From assembly GCF_963921235.1 (NCBI RefSeq), contig NC_086097.1, positions 118,546,001-118,610,000 on the forward strand: a stretch of 64,000 nucleotides of DNA, written 5' to 3'. Below the pieces are notes generated by a model. That model was not told the origin of the DNA. It did not search any database and saw only the letters and a list, made by a program, of their open reading frames with translations. The position numbers and the translations under genes are program-made. Positions 51,671 through 64,000 of this stretch are shown one piece after another. Positions within the stretch are counted from its first letter, which is position 1. Every line of letters begins with the position of its first letter. The stretch is from Mobula hypostoma (Eukaryota).

Positions 51671-52576
51671 TTCTTTGAGGAATTTGAAGCTGCTGGGCTT
51701 TTTGTTGAGGTGTGACTTTTAGCTTAAGTGTATGTCTTTGCATGATCAATGCCTTCCAACATTGCTTTGTGTACAAACCTTACAGGTCTGATGGGTTTCT
51801 TTGAGGTGTGTGAATGATTTTGTTTGATGTTGTCTTGTGTTTGCCTTGAGAATAGATCACATTGTGCTCAAAGTGGATGAATGCTCTGTGAGTTGTGACA
51901 TGTTTAGCAAATTTTAGCAACTATTTAGATGTTAGGACTTTAAAGATTTATGGATGGAAGCAGGCGAGGACTGAACAGAGGAAACAAATGAACATCTGCT
52001 AGTTTGACAAAGGATAATTTCAAGGAGGCAAAGACAAAGGAATCCCGAGAAATGGGATTGGGAAATATAAGTAGAACAAAATTATGCAGGTTAGTGAAGG
52101 CATCATAAAAAAGGAAGGCAATTTAGAACCACAGGGTAGCAGAGGTGATGAAAAGTGTTGATGATAAGCAACGTGTGCATGTGTGGATGTGAAAGAAAGT
52201 GGGGGGGGGAGAGGTTATATGTCCTCACTATGATCAACTAAGCAGTATATGGCTCAGCTTGATGAAGAACTGAAGGAGCAGTATCAGACTCGGCAGAGAA
52301 AATGAGATTGTGATCTCGCTGGGGACATCCAAATCGAAAAACAGCTTTCCAGGTGTTGGTAGACAGGATAATAGGACATTACTATAGGTAGCATCACATG
52401 CACTTACATTGCTATGGAAATGATAATATTAATATCAGTAAGTTTCTGAATTATTAGTAGGTGGGTGACTAGCTCAGTGTAGGTAGTAGAAGTGCAACCA
52501 TTTTAGATGAGTATAATGTTCTCCTAAAGGCTTGTCTATTTGTCAGTCTTTTGGGGGCTGTAGAGGCTAATCTGTG

Positions 52577-52997
52577 TGTCACCAGGTTCGGATGTGGTCC
52601 ATGTGCGGAGTGAGAGACACTGAAGCAGGTCGATAGTTCATAGACTTTAATGCGAACAGTGTTAAGGGGGAAAGAAAACAATAAACGCCAGGCCAAACAG
52701 GGCCGTTAACTAAAACTCTCAAATGGAAAATGAAGGCTACACTGAGGCTGAAAAGAACAACTAAGAATAAAATGAATACCGCTATTCTCCAGAGTCAGTT
52801 GACTCGACAATCCAACTTCTCAGGCAAGGCGGAATGCAAGCAGGCAGGGAGGCGTTGCTGTGTCCAAGTCTCAACAAATACTACAACGGAATGAATGGAG
52901 TTAAAAACTATCACAATGAAATAATAGTTACCTGACATGTACATATTTATGAGTGCAATTGCCGATCTGCTGTGCTGCCGAATCCATGGTTGTGACA
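52577..52997 (-). mobile_element. Probable solo LTR, 421 bp
   Basis: Terminal inverted TGTCAC...GTGACA; 5-bp flanks CTGTG / CTGGG (one mismatch); minus-strand ATTAAA at about 52648; CpG-richer than flanks. Confidence 0.6.
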
Positions 52998-53214
52998 CTG
53001 GGATCCTCATATTCTAATGCAGTGTAGCAAAGAGTAACCACCCTTCTCCTTCAGTTGCCTTTCATAAACCCAACCCAACCATGGATCCTGGGCTCATCCA
53101 GACCTCACTGACCTATCTCTTTCGCTGATCACCATGCCACATTATCTAGGATGTTAGGATGGATTCTCTTAATGGAGAATGCTGGTGCATGACTTTGTTT
53201 AACATGGGTCTCTA

Positions 53215-53945
53215 CAGTTGGAGTATTATGAATGTTTCTGGTTGTCACACAATAGGAAGGATGTCATTACACTGGAGAAAATGCAGAGAAAATTCACAAG
53301 GATGCTGCCTGCTTCAAAATGTTTCAGTAGTAAGAGAGTTGATAGGCTGGGTTTGTTTTCCTCAAGGCAAAAGATGTTGAGGGCAATAGGATAGAGGTAT
53401 ACAAATTTATTTCTTTATTGTGAAACAGCTTTGAACAGGCCATTCCATCCCCTTGAGCTGCACGAACCAACAATCCCCCAATTTAATCCCAGCCTAATCA
53501 TAGGGCATTTTTCAATGACCATTTGACCTACCGACCTTTACATCTTTGAACTGTGGGAGGAAACCGGAGCACTCGGAGGAAACCCGCACGGTCTCGGGAA
53601 GAATGTACAAACTCCTTACATACAACAGTGGGAAATTATGATATGGATAGGGCAGACAGATGTAAACCTTTCCTTTGATTCTAAAAGTAGAGGGCACAAA
53701 CTTTAAGTTGAGAAGTAGGAGGGTTAAGAGGATCTGAGGAAGAATATTTTCATACAGAAGGTGGTTCTAAGCTGGAATGGACTGAGAAGGCAATAGAGAA
53801 AGTCCTTGCATAGTATATAAGAAGCAATGTGGAACGAGCTGCCACCAGAAGTGGTGGGTGCAGATCAATGGGATGAGACAGAATAATAGTTCTTCACAGA
53901 CTAGATGGGCTGAAGGGTCTGCATCTGTGCTGTAGTATTCTATGA
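53215..53945 (+). mobile_element. Old CR1 3' fragments with a minus-strand V-SINE nested at about 53405-53635
   Basis: CR1 C-terminal sequence either side of TGTGGGAGGAAACCGGAGCACTCGGAGGAAACCCGCACGG (V domain, reverse). Confidence 0.65.
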
Positions 53946-54984
53946 TTTCTATGACTCTTTTCCATATTCCCTACCTATTCAAAAAAAATCAAGAAAAATC
54001 AATAATCGCAATTGTTTTAAACAATTTGCCTTTTGAAGTATGATAACAATCCTTCTCCCTGCCATCTTTGAGTCTGAAATAAGCTTTCCACAGATTCGGT
54101 GTCCTTTAACACTGACCTGAACTCCTAAGCCTGCTGTTCTTCTGCTATTAAAACTGCTAGATTTTCCCTCCACAGTGCTTGGCCTCTGTCTCTGAACGTC
54201 TGCTACAGACATCATCCATCATTATGATCTCACCTCACTTGAAGCACGTCATTACTGAAAGTGATAGGAAACATTTCTCAAGTTAATTCTCAGACTTCAT
54301 CTTCATTCAACCTGAATGGCAACTTTTTTTCTAATGACCTAAAATGCATTCTCAGCATCAATCCAGACATTTTTACTTTGATTTTTTTTCCCGCTGAGAA
54401 GAAATGACGGATAGAAGGTGATTAATATAGATTATGGGTACATTTAGAAAGAAAGGGCCACTTAAAGGTAATGGTCACATAACATTAACTATAAAGCCAT
54501 GCTTGTGCATCCCAGACTGAGCTCTTCAGTACATGCAGAAAAATTGAGATTTGTCTGTTGATTCTGCCTTGGCCACACATAGTAATCCCGACACAGCAGT
54601 GTGACTGCTCATATATTTGCATCTTGCTTTTCTAAGATCAGAACATTTGAGCGCCAAAGGTTCCTGACAAAACACAAAGGCTGACACAACAAAAAGGAAA
54701 CAGGGTCCATGGGAAAGCAAGAATGCAGTACAGGTTCGTGTAATGCTATCAGAGCACCAGCTGTAAGATCGGAGTTCAATTCTTGTCACTGCCGGTACGC
54801 TCTCCCCGTGACTGCATGGGTATCCTCCAGAATCCCCAGTTTCCTATCCAGATTCAAGATTGTTTAATGTAATTTCCAGCACACAAGTGTAAAGGAGAGC
54901 AAAATAATTGCTATAGCGGATCAGATGCAGATAAAAAACTGCCAATAAAACAAAGAACACAGTAACAGAAAAGCACAATAAATA

Positions 54985-55490
54985 TAGATTAGATTAGATT
55001 ATGAGGACACGCAGTCCTCTTTTTTTGTCATTTAGTAATGCATGCATTAAAAAATGATGCAATGTTCCTCCAGAATAATATCACAGAAACACAAGACAAA
55101 CCAAGACTGAAAAACTGACAAAAAACACATAATTATAACCTATAGTTACAACAGTACAAAGCAATACCGTAATTTGATAAAGAACAGACCATTGACACGG
55201 TAAAAAAAAGTCTCAAAGTCTCTCGAAAGTCCCATCATCTCACGCAGATGGTGGAAGGAAGAGAAACTCTCTTCCTGCCGTGAACCTCCAGCACTGCAGA
55301 CTTGCCGATGCAGCAGCCTGGAAACACCCGACCACAGCCGACTCTTGAGTCCGTCCGAAAACTTCAAGCCTCTTACCAGCCCTCCAACACCGAGCACCGA
55401 GCACCAACTCTGCCAAGCGCTTCGACCCTGGCCCCGGCAACAGACAATAGGCAAAACTGAGGATTTGGGGCCTTCCCCTCTGGAGATCGA
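54985..55490 (-). mobile_element. Young-looking non-autonomous retroposon with (AATCT)n tail
   Basis: (AGATT)3 at the left, CpG-rich body, no coding motif; nested in another minus-strand Rex-like 3' end (about 54852-55630). Confidence 0.5.
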
Positions 55491-56035
55491 TTATGTACAT
55501 ATTAATAATGTAATACTAGGCACAGGAGTGTCTGTACATAAGATAACTGACAGGAAATGATAAAGTAGTGGTGGTGGTGGGTGGATGGTTGGGTTCATGG
55601 GTGGAGGTGTTGATCAGTTTTACTGCTTGGGAAAAGTAACTGTTTTGAGTCACATTCCAAAGACGTATGGAGTAGGGTTAGTGAGCTGTGGACGTGCAAT
55701 GTTGCTGAATGTGCGGGTGACACTTGTAGGTCGCCCAACACAATGGATCCGCATTTGACGCAAAACAATGCATTTTGCTCTATGGGACGGCACACATATG
55801 ACAAGTAAAGGTAAACTTTTGCCTCGGACTCTGCTTGATGGCTGTTGCATGAGAAACATTCACATCAAGTAATGATGCTGTTGATATAAAGTGTGAATCA
55901 TCAATCACAAAAATAACGGCAGACAGTGATTGCGCTAGGTTTCTTCTCACACAGCACCCTATCCATTTCTTTTTGGAGGTGACTGCCAATTTTACAATAA
56001 CTTGTTTTAAAGTCAAGCTTCATTTAGAAATCTAC

Positions 56036-56134
56036 GCAACACACATCAAAGTTGCTGGTGAACGCAGCAGGCCAAACAGCATCTATAGGAAGAGGTGCAG
56101 TCGACGTTTCAGGCCGAGACCCTTCGTCAGGACT
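56036..56134 (-). mobile_element. 99-bp Penelope-derived insertion containing an intact hammerhead
   Basis: Near-identical to 7585-7683; perfect 7-bp TSD AATCTAC (56029-56035, 56135-56141). Confidence 0.88.
56099..56134 (-). ncRNA. Minimal type I hammerhead ribozyme
   Basis: Same sequence as 7648-7683. Confidence 0.85.
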
Positions 56135-56584
56135 AATCTACACTAGTTTCTATCATATGTTTTCCACCATTCTCTTCCAAGTAGAATAGAAATGGTTTAC
56201 AATAGTATTACATGGTCATCCAAGAGCAATGCAGTAATCGTATAAGTGCTGACAAGCTTTTGGTAATTGTGATTCATCAACATGTGCGGTTAATGCATGG
56301 ATGTATATTAGGGGTAAGAATGCAACCAAAGAAAATGGGGAACTCTTATACTGATTTTTCTGTAGGTGTGTGTTTAGCAAGCATGGCAATAATAAGCTCC
56401 AATATGCAGACCAATTATAGCAGTTCAAACTTGCGCCCCGAGGGCTGCAGCTTTAATGGGACATGCATTGTGTTTGTTGGTGCTGAGTAATGTTGGTGAC
56501 ACTAGCTATCTTTACCTTTTCCAGCCTGCTTCAACTTTGAAGTCTGTCACTCGCTGGTACCTAACTCTATCATTAAAATGCATG

Positions 56585-58790
56585 AATGCACAAGATTCTG
56601 CAGATGCTGGAAGTCCAGAGCAACACGTACACAAAGCTGGAGGAACTCAGCAGTCAGGCAGCATCTAATGAAGGGAATAAACTGTCATCATTTTGGCCTG
56701 AGTCCCTTCATCAAGACTGGAAAGGAAAGGGGAAGAACCCAGAGTAAGAAGCATTGCACACAAAATGCCGGAGAACTCAACAGGTCAGGCAGCATCAATG
56801 GAATGGAGTAAACAGTCAGCGTTTTAGGGACCGAGGCCCTTCTTTAGGACTGAGAAGGTGGGTGGGGGGGGGGGAAGATGCCATAATAAAAAGGTGGGGG
56901 GAGGGAAAGGAGGATAATTGGAATGTGATAGGTGAAGCCAGGCAGATGGGAAAGATCAATGGCTAAACTTTTAGGAAACTTTGTCACATGGTGTGAGCAG
57001 AATTATCTGTGGCTTAATGTGAAAAAGACTAAGGAGCTAGTGGTAGACCTGAGGAGAGCTAAGGTATCGGCGACCCCTGTTTCCATCCAGGGGGTCAGTG
57101 TGGACATGGTGGATGATTACAAATACCTGGGGATAAGAATTGACAATAAACTGGACTGGTCAAAGAACACTGAGGCTGTCTACAAGAAGAGTCAGAGCCA
57201 TCTCTATTTCCTGAGGAGACTGAGGTCCTTTAACATCTGTCGGACGATGCTGAGGATGTTCTACGAGTCGAGTCTGTGGTGGCCAGTGCGATCATGTTTG
57301 CTGTTGTGTGCTGGGGCAGCAGGCTGAGGGTAGCAGACATCAACAGAATCAACAAACTCATTCGTAAGGCCAGTGATGTTGAGGAGATGGAACTGGACTC
57401 TCTGACGGTGGTGTCTGAAAAGAGGATGCTGTCCAAGTTGTATGCTATCTTGGACAATGTCTCCCATCCACTACATACTGTACTGGTTGGGCACAGGAGT
57501 ACATTCAGCCAGAGACTCATTCCACCGAGATGCAACACAGAGCGTCATAGGAAGTCATTCCTGTCTATGGCCATCAAACTTTTCAACTCCTCCCTTGGAG
57601 GGTCAGACACCCTGAGCCAATAGGCTGGTCCTGGACTTATTGCCTGGCATAATTTACATATTACTATTTAACTATTTATGGTTTTATTACTATTTGATTA
57701 TTTATGATGCAACTGTAACGAAAACCAATCTCCCCTGGGATCAATAAAGTATGACTATGACTATGACTAAAGAAGAAAGAATGAAAGAATCTGATAGGAG
57801 AGGAGAGTGGACCATAGGAGAAAGGGAAGTGGGAGGAGGACCCGGGGGAAGTAATAGGCAAGTGAGATGAGGTAAAAGCTCAGAGTGGGGGGGGGGCAAT
57901 TTTTTTTACTGGAAAGAGAAATCGATATACTTTGTACATGCCATCAATTTGGAGACTACCGAGACAGAATATGAGGTTTTGCTCCTCCACCCTGAGGGTG
58001 CGCTCATCTTGGCACAAGAGGAGGCCATGGACTGATACATTGAAATGGGAATGGGTCTCTGAATCCAAATGTTCGGACACCAGGAAGTCCCACTTGTGGT
58101 GGATGGTGCTCAAAAATGTGCCTCCCTCACCCAGTTTATGACGGGTCTCACCCATGTAGAGGAGGCTGCACTAGGAGCACCAGACACAATAGGCGACCCC
58201 AGCAGGGTAAGAAGTTGAGGAGGGGTAAAGGAGTACAAGCCGGCAGGTGCTGGGCAAAACCAGATGAGGGAGAAAGTGGCTGGGTGGGGGACGAGGGATG
58301 AAGTGAGAACCTGGGAGGTGTGGAGAGAAGAGGTAAAGGGCTGACAAAGAAGGAATCTGATAGGAGAAGACAATGTACCATGGGAGAAAGGGAAGGAGGA
58401 GGGGCACCAGAGGAAGGTGATAGGCAGGTGTGAGAAGAGAAGAGGTAAGAAGGGAGCCAGAATGGAGATTGGAGAAGGAGAGAAGAGCGAGGTTGAAGAA
58501 ATTAGAGGAAGTTAGAGAAATCAATGTTCATGTTATCAGGCTGGAGGCTACCCAGATAGAATACGAGGTATTGCTCTTCCAATCAGAGAGTGGCACCATC
58601 ATGGCAGCAGAGGATTCCATGGACTGGTGAGTCAAAATACAAATGGGAAATAGAAGTTAAGTGGGTGGGCACTGGAAAATTCCACCTTAGGTGGCAGGCT
58701 GAGAAAAAGTACCTGATGAAGTTGTCCTCCAATCTACATTGGGTCTCATGAATGTAGAGGAGGCCACACCAGGAGCACTGAATACCATCT
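56585..58790 (-). mobile_element. Cluster of older Penelope 3' remnants, interrupted by Rex1
   Basis: Two decayed hammerheads (about 56682-56720 and 56813-56851); two GIY-YIG remnants (THSHFNVSVHGLL...LRVEEQNLIFCLGSLQ; IQCSWCGLLYIHET). Confidence 0.8.
56968..57766 (+). mobile_element. Rex1 3' fragment with (CTATGA)n tail
   Basis: Near-identical to 42425-43225; CTAAA repeated at 56963-56967 and 57767-57771. Confidence 0.88.
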
Positions 58791-59350
58791 GGATTGGTGC
58801 AGCTGGCATTAGTGTAGCTTGGCAAAGAAGCTGGCTGGGGCAAAAGGCCCATTTCTCTGTTCTATGACTCTACGCTAAAATGTCTGTAGTGAGCTGATGA
58901 TATGTGTGGGGTGCATCATCAAACTTTATCATGCTTAACCACACTATCACAGTGACTGATTTGCATGCAGATTATATCTCTCCACTCTATAGCCTTAGGC
59001 AGCACTCTTCCGAGCAGCACCATTGGACAGCACACTGTTGCAATGCAGGCTGTGAAAAGCCAATTAGCAGATTTTATTCAGGCAAGATATTTTCAGTGTC
59101 ACTTCATTTTGGGATATTGAAAAAAAAAGTAAGCTGGAAAAATATATTTCATACTTTAATTTCAACAATTCTAATCGGTTTAGTTTGGAATTCGAGCAAC
59201 CAATCAGTATCGAGAGCTCAGACTTTATTGACATGGGCATCGGCCATGTGGCAAAAGACAGGGTGATATTTCAGTTGCTTCAGTGTGTGACTCCAAGTAA
59301 TTCTCAAAAACCTCAAATTAAAAGAACTGCATAGAAATGCTTACATTATT

Positions 59351-59485
59351 GTCCTGTTGAAGGGTTTCAGCTCTAACCAACGACTGTTTATTCCTTTCCA
59401 TAGATGCTGTCTGACTTGCTAAGTTCCTCCAGCACATTTTGTGTGTGTTACTTTGGATTTCCAGCATCTGCAGATTCTCTTGTGT
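59351..59485 (+). mobile_element. Short Penelope-derived element with decayed hammerhead
   Basis: GTCCTGTTGAAGGGTTTCAG...GACTG...ATAGATGCTG...TTTCCAGCATCTGCAGATTCTCTTGTGTT. Confidence 0.7.
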
Positions 59486-59727
59486 TTATGCATTGTTGAA
59501 TTACTAGATTTACTCAGTAAAGGGCCCAAATAATAATAAATTGTTTTGATCATTAATGTGCCATATTTAATCTTTTTTATATAAGACTTCCATTTGACAT
59601 CCTTTGTGAATGTACTTGTTTGAAAAATATGTAATGGAGAGTTGTTTTTCACATCATTTCTCCAGTAGGATATCTGGTCCATCTTTTGTGTGTTCTAAAT
59701 TATGGTAGTATAATGAAAAATGGATCA

Positions 59728-60400
59728 AGAAAGCAAGAAAGCAAGCAAGTTTATTTGTAGAGCTCTTTTCAAACACAAGGCAATTCAAAGTGCTTTACAG
59801 AGAATAAAATATAAAAATCAAACATCAAAGTACAGACAATATACAAGAGAATAAAATCACACAAAAAATGGACATGATAAATAGAATTACAGTGCAGGAG
59901 ATTCTAATTAAAAGCTACAGCAAAATGAAAGGTTTTAAGCCTCGATTTGAATGTGCCAAAGTTGGGGCAGACTTTTGATCCTCTGGAAGGTTATTCCAGA
60001 AATATGGATCATAGTAACTAAAAGCATTGACCATGTTTAGTTTTGACCCTGGGAATGGTAAGCAGCCCTATCCTAGACGACCCGAGAGCTCGGGAAGATT
60101 CATAATGCAGCAGGAGAACGGCGATGCATTTTGGCCTGAGACTATTCATTACTTTATAAACCAGTAGTAATATTTTAAAGTCAGTCCTCTGATGGACAGG
60201 AAGTCAGTGTAGTGATCTGAGAGCTGGAGTGATGTGTTCTACTTTCTTGGTCATAGTGAGGACTCTGGCAGCAGCGTTCTGAATGAGCTGCAGCTGTCAG
60301 GGATTTTTTAGAGACCTGTGAAAACGCCATTACAGTAGTCAAGCCTACTAAAAATAATTGCATGGATGAGGTTTTCTCAATCTTGCTGAGACATAAGCCC
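59728..60400 (-). mobile_element. L2 LINE 3' fragment
   Basis: Minus frames give IHAIIFSRLDYCNG...QLQLIQNAAARVLT...EHITPALRSLH.LPV; L2-type 3' end with AATAAA-like signal and (TTGC)n tail. Confidence 0.8.
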
Positions 60401-62119
60401 TTTAGCTTAGTTCTTTTATTTATTTCACTTTTACAAGCTATTCTTTGTGTTTGCATTCCATCTCTTTAGCTTGTACAATTATAATAGCAACACTTATGTC
60501 ATCCAATTTAAATAAAATGTAGCTTATGAATTTTTGGAGAAGATAGCCTCACTTCTCAGTCCACTGAATAGAAATACTTACATTGTACCAGGACACCAAT
60601 ATCTAATCTATTCAGAGGAAGCTTATTTATCATCCACATTGTTAAATCCTGTGTTGTGCAGACAATTATTCCAGCCTCTGTTGATGTTCTATTGTTAACA
60701 AAGAAAGAATCTAATTTTGAGCCGAAATTCTCTGTCTTGGTCATGAACCATCTTTCATTTTTAACATGGAAAAGATCGTCAGTTCAGCACTGGACACCAT
60801 GGGAGGGACATTGCAGCTCCACAAAGTCTCAATGAATGAAGCAAGTTACCCTTTATCATAATATATGCTAATTCACTTACACAGCCTACATTGTCAATGA
60901 TCATCTTTATAGATACTTTCAAATACCATCATTGCCAATCAACATAATAGCATGATCGCAAATATCACTAGCACAACTAATAAATTTTGTGACATATGTC
61001 AGTGATATTAAACCTGATTCTGATTCTGATTCTGGCTCTCTGCATCAACATCAGTACCAAAGGCAGCGTGGCATTAGAACAGGTTTGATGTACACTGGGT
61101 TGTTTTTGGTGTCCATTGCTATTGCTTGTTGGCCAGATGAACAGTGACAAAGACACAGAACTAAATTAAGACAAGATAATTTGTGAATATCTAAAGGCAA
61201 TATTGGCTTTACACAAGTAGCTGGCAATATAAGCCAAAAGCCTTATGAACAAATTATCGAAAAGAATTTAAGCCTAATTTTATGTTGCCTTACTGAAACT
61301 GGAGTAGTCTGTTACTTCTACTTCATCTTAGGAATAGTTAGCCTACCACTCCAACATCCCCACCGCTCTTCACTGAGCAACATTTCATTCCTCTATTCAT
61401 TCCTCATTGAACACTACCTTTGTTTTCAAACTACAAAGGGCTGAGTAGGAGAGAAGCGTTAGATTAATCGTAGAGTAGGTTAAAGAGTCAGAACAATATT
61501 GTGGGCCAAAGGACCAGTACTGTGCAGTAATGTTCTGTGTTCTATGTGTATTCTCCTAGCTAACAAAATTTTAAATTTTAGCACCAATTTTTATTCTTTT
61601 ATGTAGAAATTAGAATAGTGAAAATTCACATGACTGAAGTGTATGAAATCCCAAAAGGTCTTGACAAAGTGATTATGGAGAAAAAGTTTCCATTTGTAGG
61701 ATAATAATAATAAATGAAAAAGGGGGCTATTCACAAAATAAAAATCAGGTGATTTTTTTTTTCCTTTGAGGTGTATGAGTCTTTGCAACTCTACCCCAAA
61801 GAATAATGGAAATAAGTCTTTAAATTTCTGAAAGGGAGAAGTGGAGAGATTGCTCATTAGCAAGGAAGTGAATGCTTACTCCTAGTAGAGGGAGCATGGA
61901 CTGGTGACAAGCCATTGTCATATTAAATAGCAAGACTGACTTAAAGAGCTTGGTGGCCTAGTTCAGTTTTTAATTTGTATGTTTGGTTGAGCTTCATGAC
62001 CTGCTGTCATCCTTCTGTTGAAAGGTGTCCAGAAATTGTTATCCTGAAGTGATTCCCAAGGTATTCTCATGATATCTTGAGAACTCAGATCCTCTGCAAG
62101 GTGGAGCCCATATTACTTT

Positions 62120-62572
62120 GGCAAATAGCCTATTGAAGAGTAAATCAGAAGGTGGAGAGGAAGAAGCTGTTCCTAAATTACTGAGTACATGTCTTCAGGC
62201 TCATGTACCTCTTCTCTGATGATAGTTACAATAGAGCAGGATCTGGGTGATGGAGGTCCTTCATGATTAATTCCACATTTTCTAAAGCATTGCCTTTTGG
62301 AGATGTCCCTAACGGTGGGAAGATTAGTGCCCATGATGGAGCTGGCTGAGTTTACAACCCTCTGCTGCTTTTTCTGATCCTGTGCAATGGCCCTCCATAC
62401 TGCCAATGATGCAACCAATTTGAATGCTCTCCACCATGCACCTGCAGTCTTTGATGACATAACAAATCTCCTCAAACTCCGAATGAAATATAGCCATTGG
62501 TGCACCCTCTTCATAATTACGTCAATATGTTGGGCCCAGGATAGATCTTCAGAGACGTTGATACTCAGAAAC
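62120..62572 (-). mobile_element. Rex1/Babar fragment
   Basis: SEDLSWAQHID...LYFIRSLRRF...QRVVNSASSIMGT. Confidence 0.75.
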
Positions 62573-63229
62573 ATTATAGAACACAAGACAACTGTTTCCA
62601 TCTCTTTGCTGATAACTAAGAGTATACTGATTGGGAGGAGAATAGATGAATTGGGTTTGTCTGTTTTGTGTACTAGGACATATTTCTACTTTTAAGAAAG
62701 CAACATTTTAGAAGCATTCAGACAAGCACATGACTAGATAGGAAGTAGAGAGATACAGGCTATGTACAGGCAAGAGGGATTAGTTAGATTGCTATCATGT
62801 TTGGTGCAGACAGGGTGCGGTGAAGGCTTTGTACCTGTGCTGTATCATTTGTTGTTCTGTCTTCTATGCTGTCCAGTAGATGCCAATATTGTAACTGTAT
62901 GGGAGCAACTTGTCTAGAGCTTCCCCTAATTCTGGAGCCCAAACTTTAAACAGTACAGCCAAGAAACCGTTCTGTCTCATAAACTTAAATTGCATGCCAA
63001 CGTTCTCAGGCATTTCTTCATAGTATATTCCTCAATGTTAATCTTCTGTAAAATATTTTATTATTTGCTAATTTATTAGTGGTAATATTACCTTATGCAT
63101 TGAGTGTGAGTTATGTATACTGTGCTGTGCACCTTGCTTTGCAGGAACATTGTTTCATTTAGTGATTTTACCTGGATATGTTTGAATGACAATAAACTTG
63201 AGCTTGATAGTATGTGGAGTGAATTAAAA

Positions 63230-63870
63230 TAATAGAAGGCAAGCTTCTGTGACACTGGGATTTCAGGAAGAAGCTCAGCTTTCGTCTAGTCAGAGGAGCA
63301 CAAGTTCAAGGTTGTCTCTTTGTTGATGTTGGGAATGTTCTTGAACCTTAAATCCTATTAACTCTTTAACTATCCATCACTAATCATGATCAATTGCAGT
63401 GTATTGATCTCATTGGTTGATTGTGAGATGGCTTCACTAGCGATTGAATGATGTTTAGTCAGTCAGTATTGCAGCTTAGTCAGGTTGGAGTATCATTTGT
63501 AGATAGGCTCATATACCACACCACCACCTCTACCAGACTGTCTGTATGCTGCTCTGCATTTCTTACTGAGCCAAAGTTAGGCCACTGACTTGACAGCAAT
63601 CCAAGAGTGAAGAACATCCCAGCAGATGAGTTTGTATATTCTGTATTGAAGACACTTCTGCTTCAGCGGATGCCCATGAATGACCATTTGTAAGCGGCCA
63701 GTAGTGCCATACACCATACCAATTAGCCACTCAACATGATGAAGAGGGTCCTCAAAGGTAAGATGCAAAACATCTTCCGATAGGGCTAAGCTGTGGTTAC
63801 ATTTTCCAATGTTGTCATTGATAAATGCGTCTGCAGCTGGTAGGTTTTTGAGGACGATAGGTAATCCCCC
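63230..63870 (-). mobile_element. Old CR1/L2-group LINE ORF2 remnant (end of endonuclease and linker)
   Basis: VLKNLPAADAFINDNIGKCNH...EDPLHHVEW resembles an APE C-terminal (G.SDH) segment and linker. Confidence 0.45.
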
Positions 63871-64000
63871 ATTTTGTGAATGGTTGTCCATCAAGTCTGA
63901 TGATGGTAGTGAAACCTGTGTAGAAGAGTTTTTGAACTGAAAATGATGTTGCATTGGGGCAGTTCCACTCTCTTGACCTGAGAGGTCTGAGTCCAATGAT

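Noticed and set aside
58999..59081. Possible plus-strand exon with GC donor (STLPSSTIGQHTVAMQAVKSQLADFIQ)
   Set aside because: Non-canonical donor, no recognisable homology, no linked exons
63577..63996. 139-aa ORF as a host gene
   Set aside because: Its middle resembles a decayed LINE endonuclease/linker; no gene structure

Overview
This is eukaryotic, repeat-dense DNA with no recognisable host protein-coding gene. The repeat mix (many CR1 subfamilies, Rex1/Babar, V-domain SINEs, Neptune-type Penelope, fish-type L1, Tc1, hAT) points to a cartilaginous fish, probably a ray; this is an inference from family content. Most ORFs are decayed retrotransposon pieces or antisense shadows of them. 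Main points: (1) a full-length 5.85-kb L1 with a perfect 16-bp TSD (26091-31940); (2) a 5'-truncated Penelope (RT + GIY-YIG) carrying an intact minimal hammerhead ribozyme, plus about ten short ribozyme-bearing Penelope-derived elements, one a 99-bp TSD-flanked insertion; (3) a four-level nested insertion Tc1 > CR1 > Rex1 > solo LTR (40343-45273) that makes an in-frame CR1/Rex1 RT chimera; (4) a hAT Charlie/Buster element with an 8-bp TSD carrying a CR1 3' end; (5) a Tc1 derivative closed by a 56-bp palindromic mini-element. A few weak exon candidates are flagged. Boundaries without TSDs are approximate, and family names come from motif recognition, not database searches.
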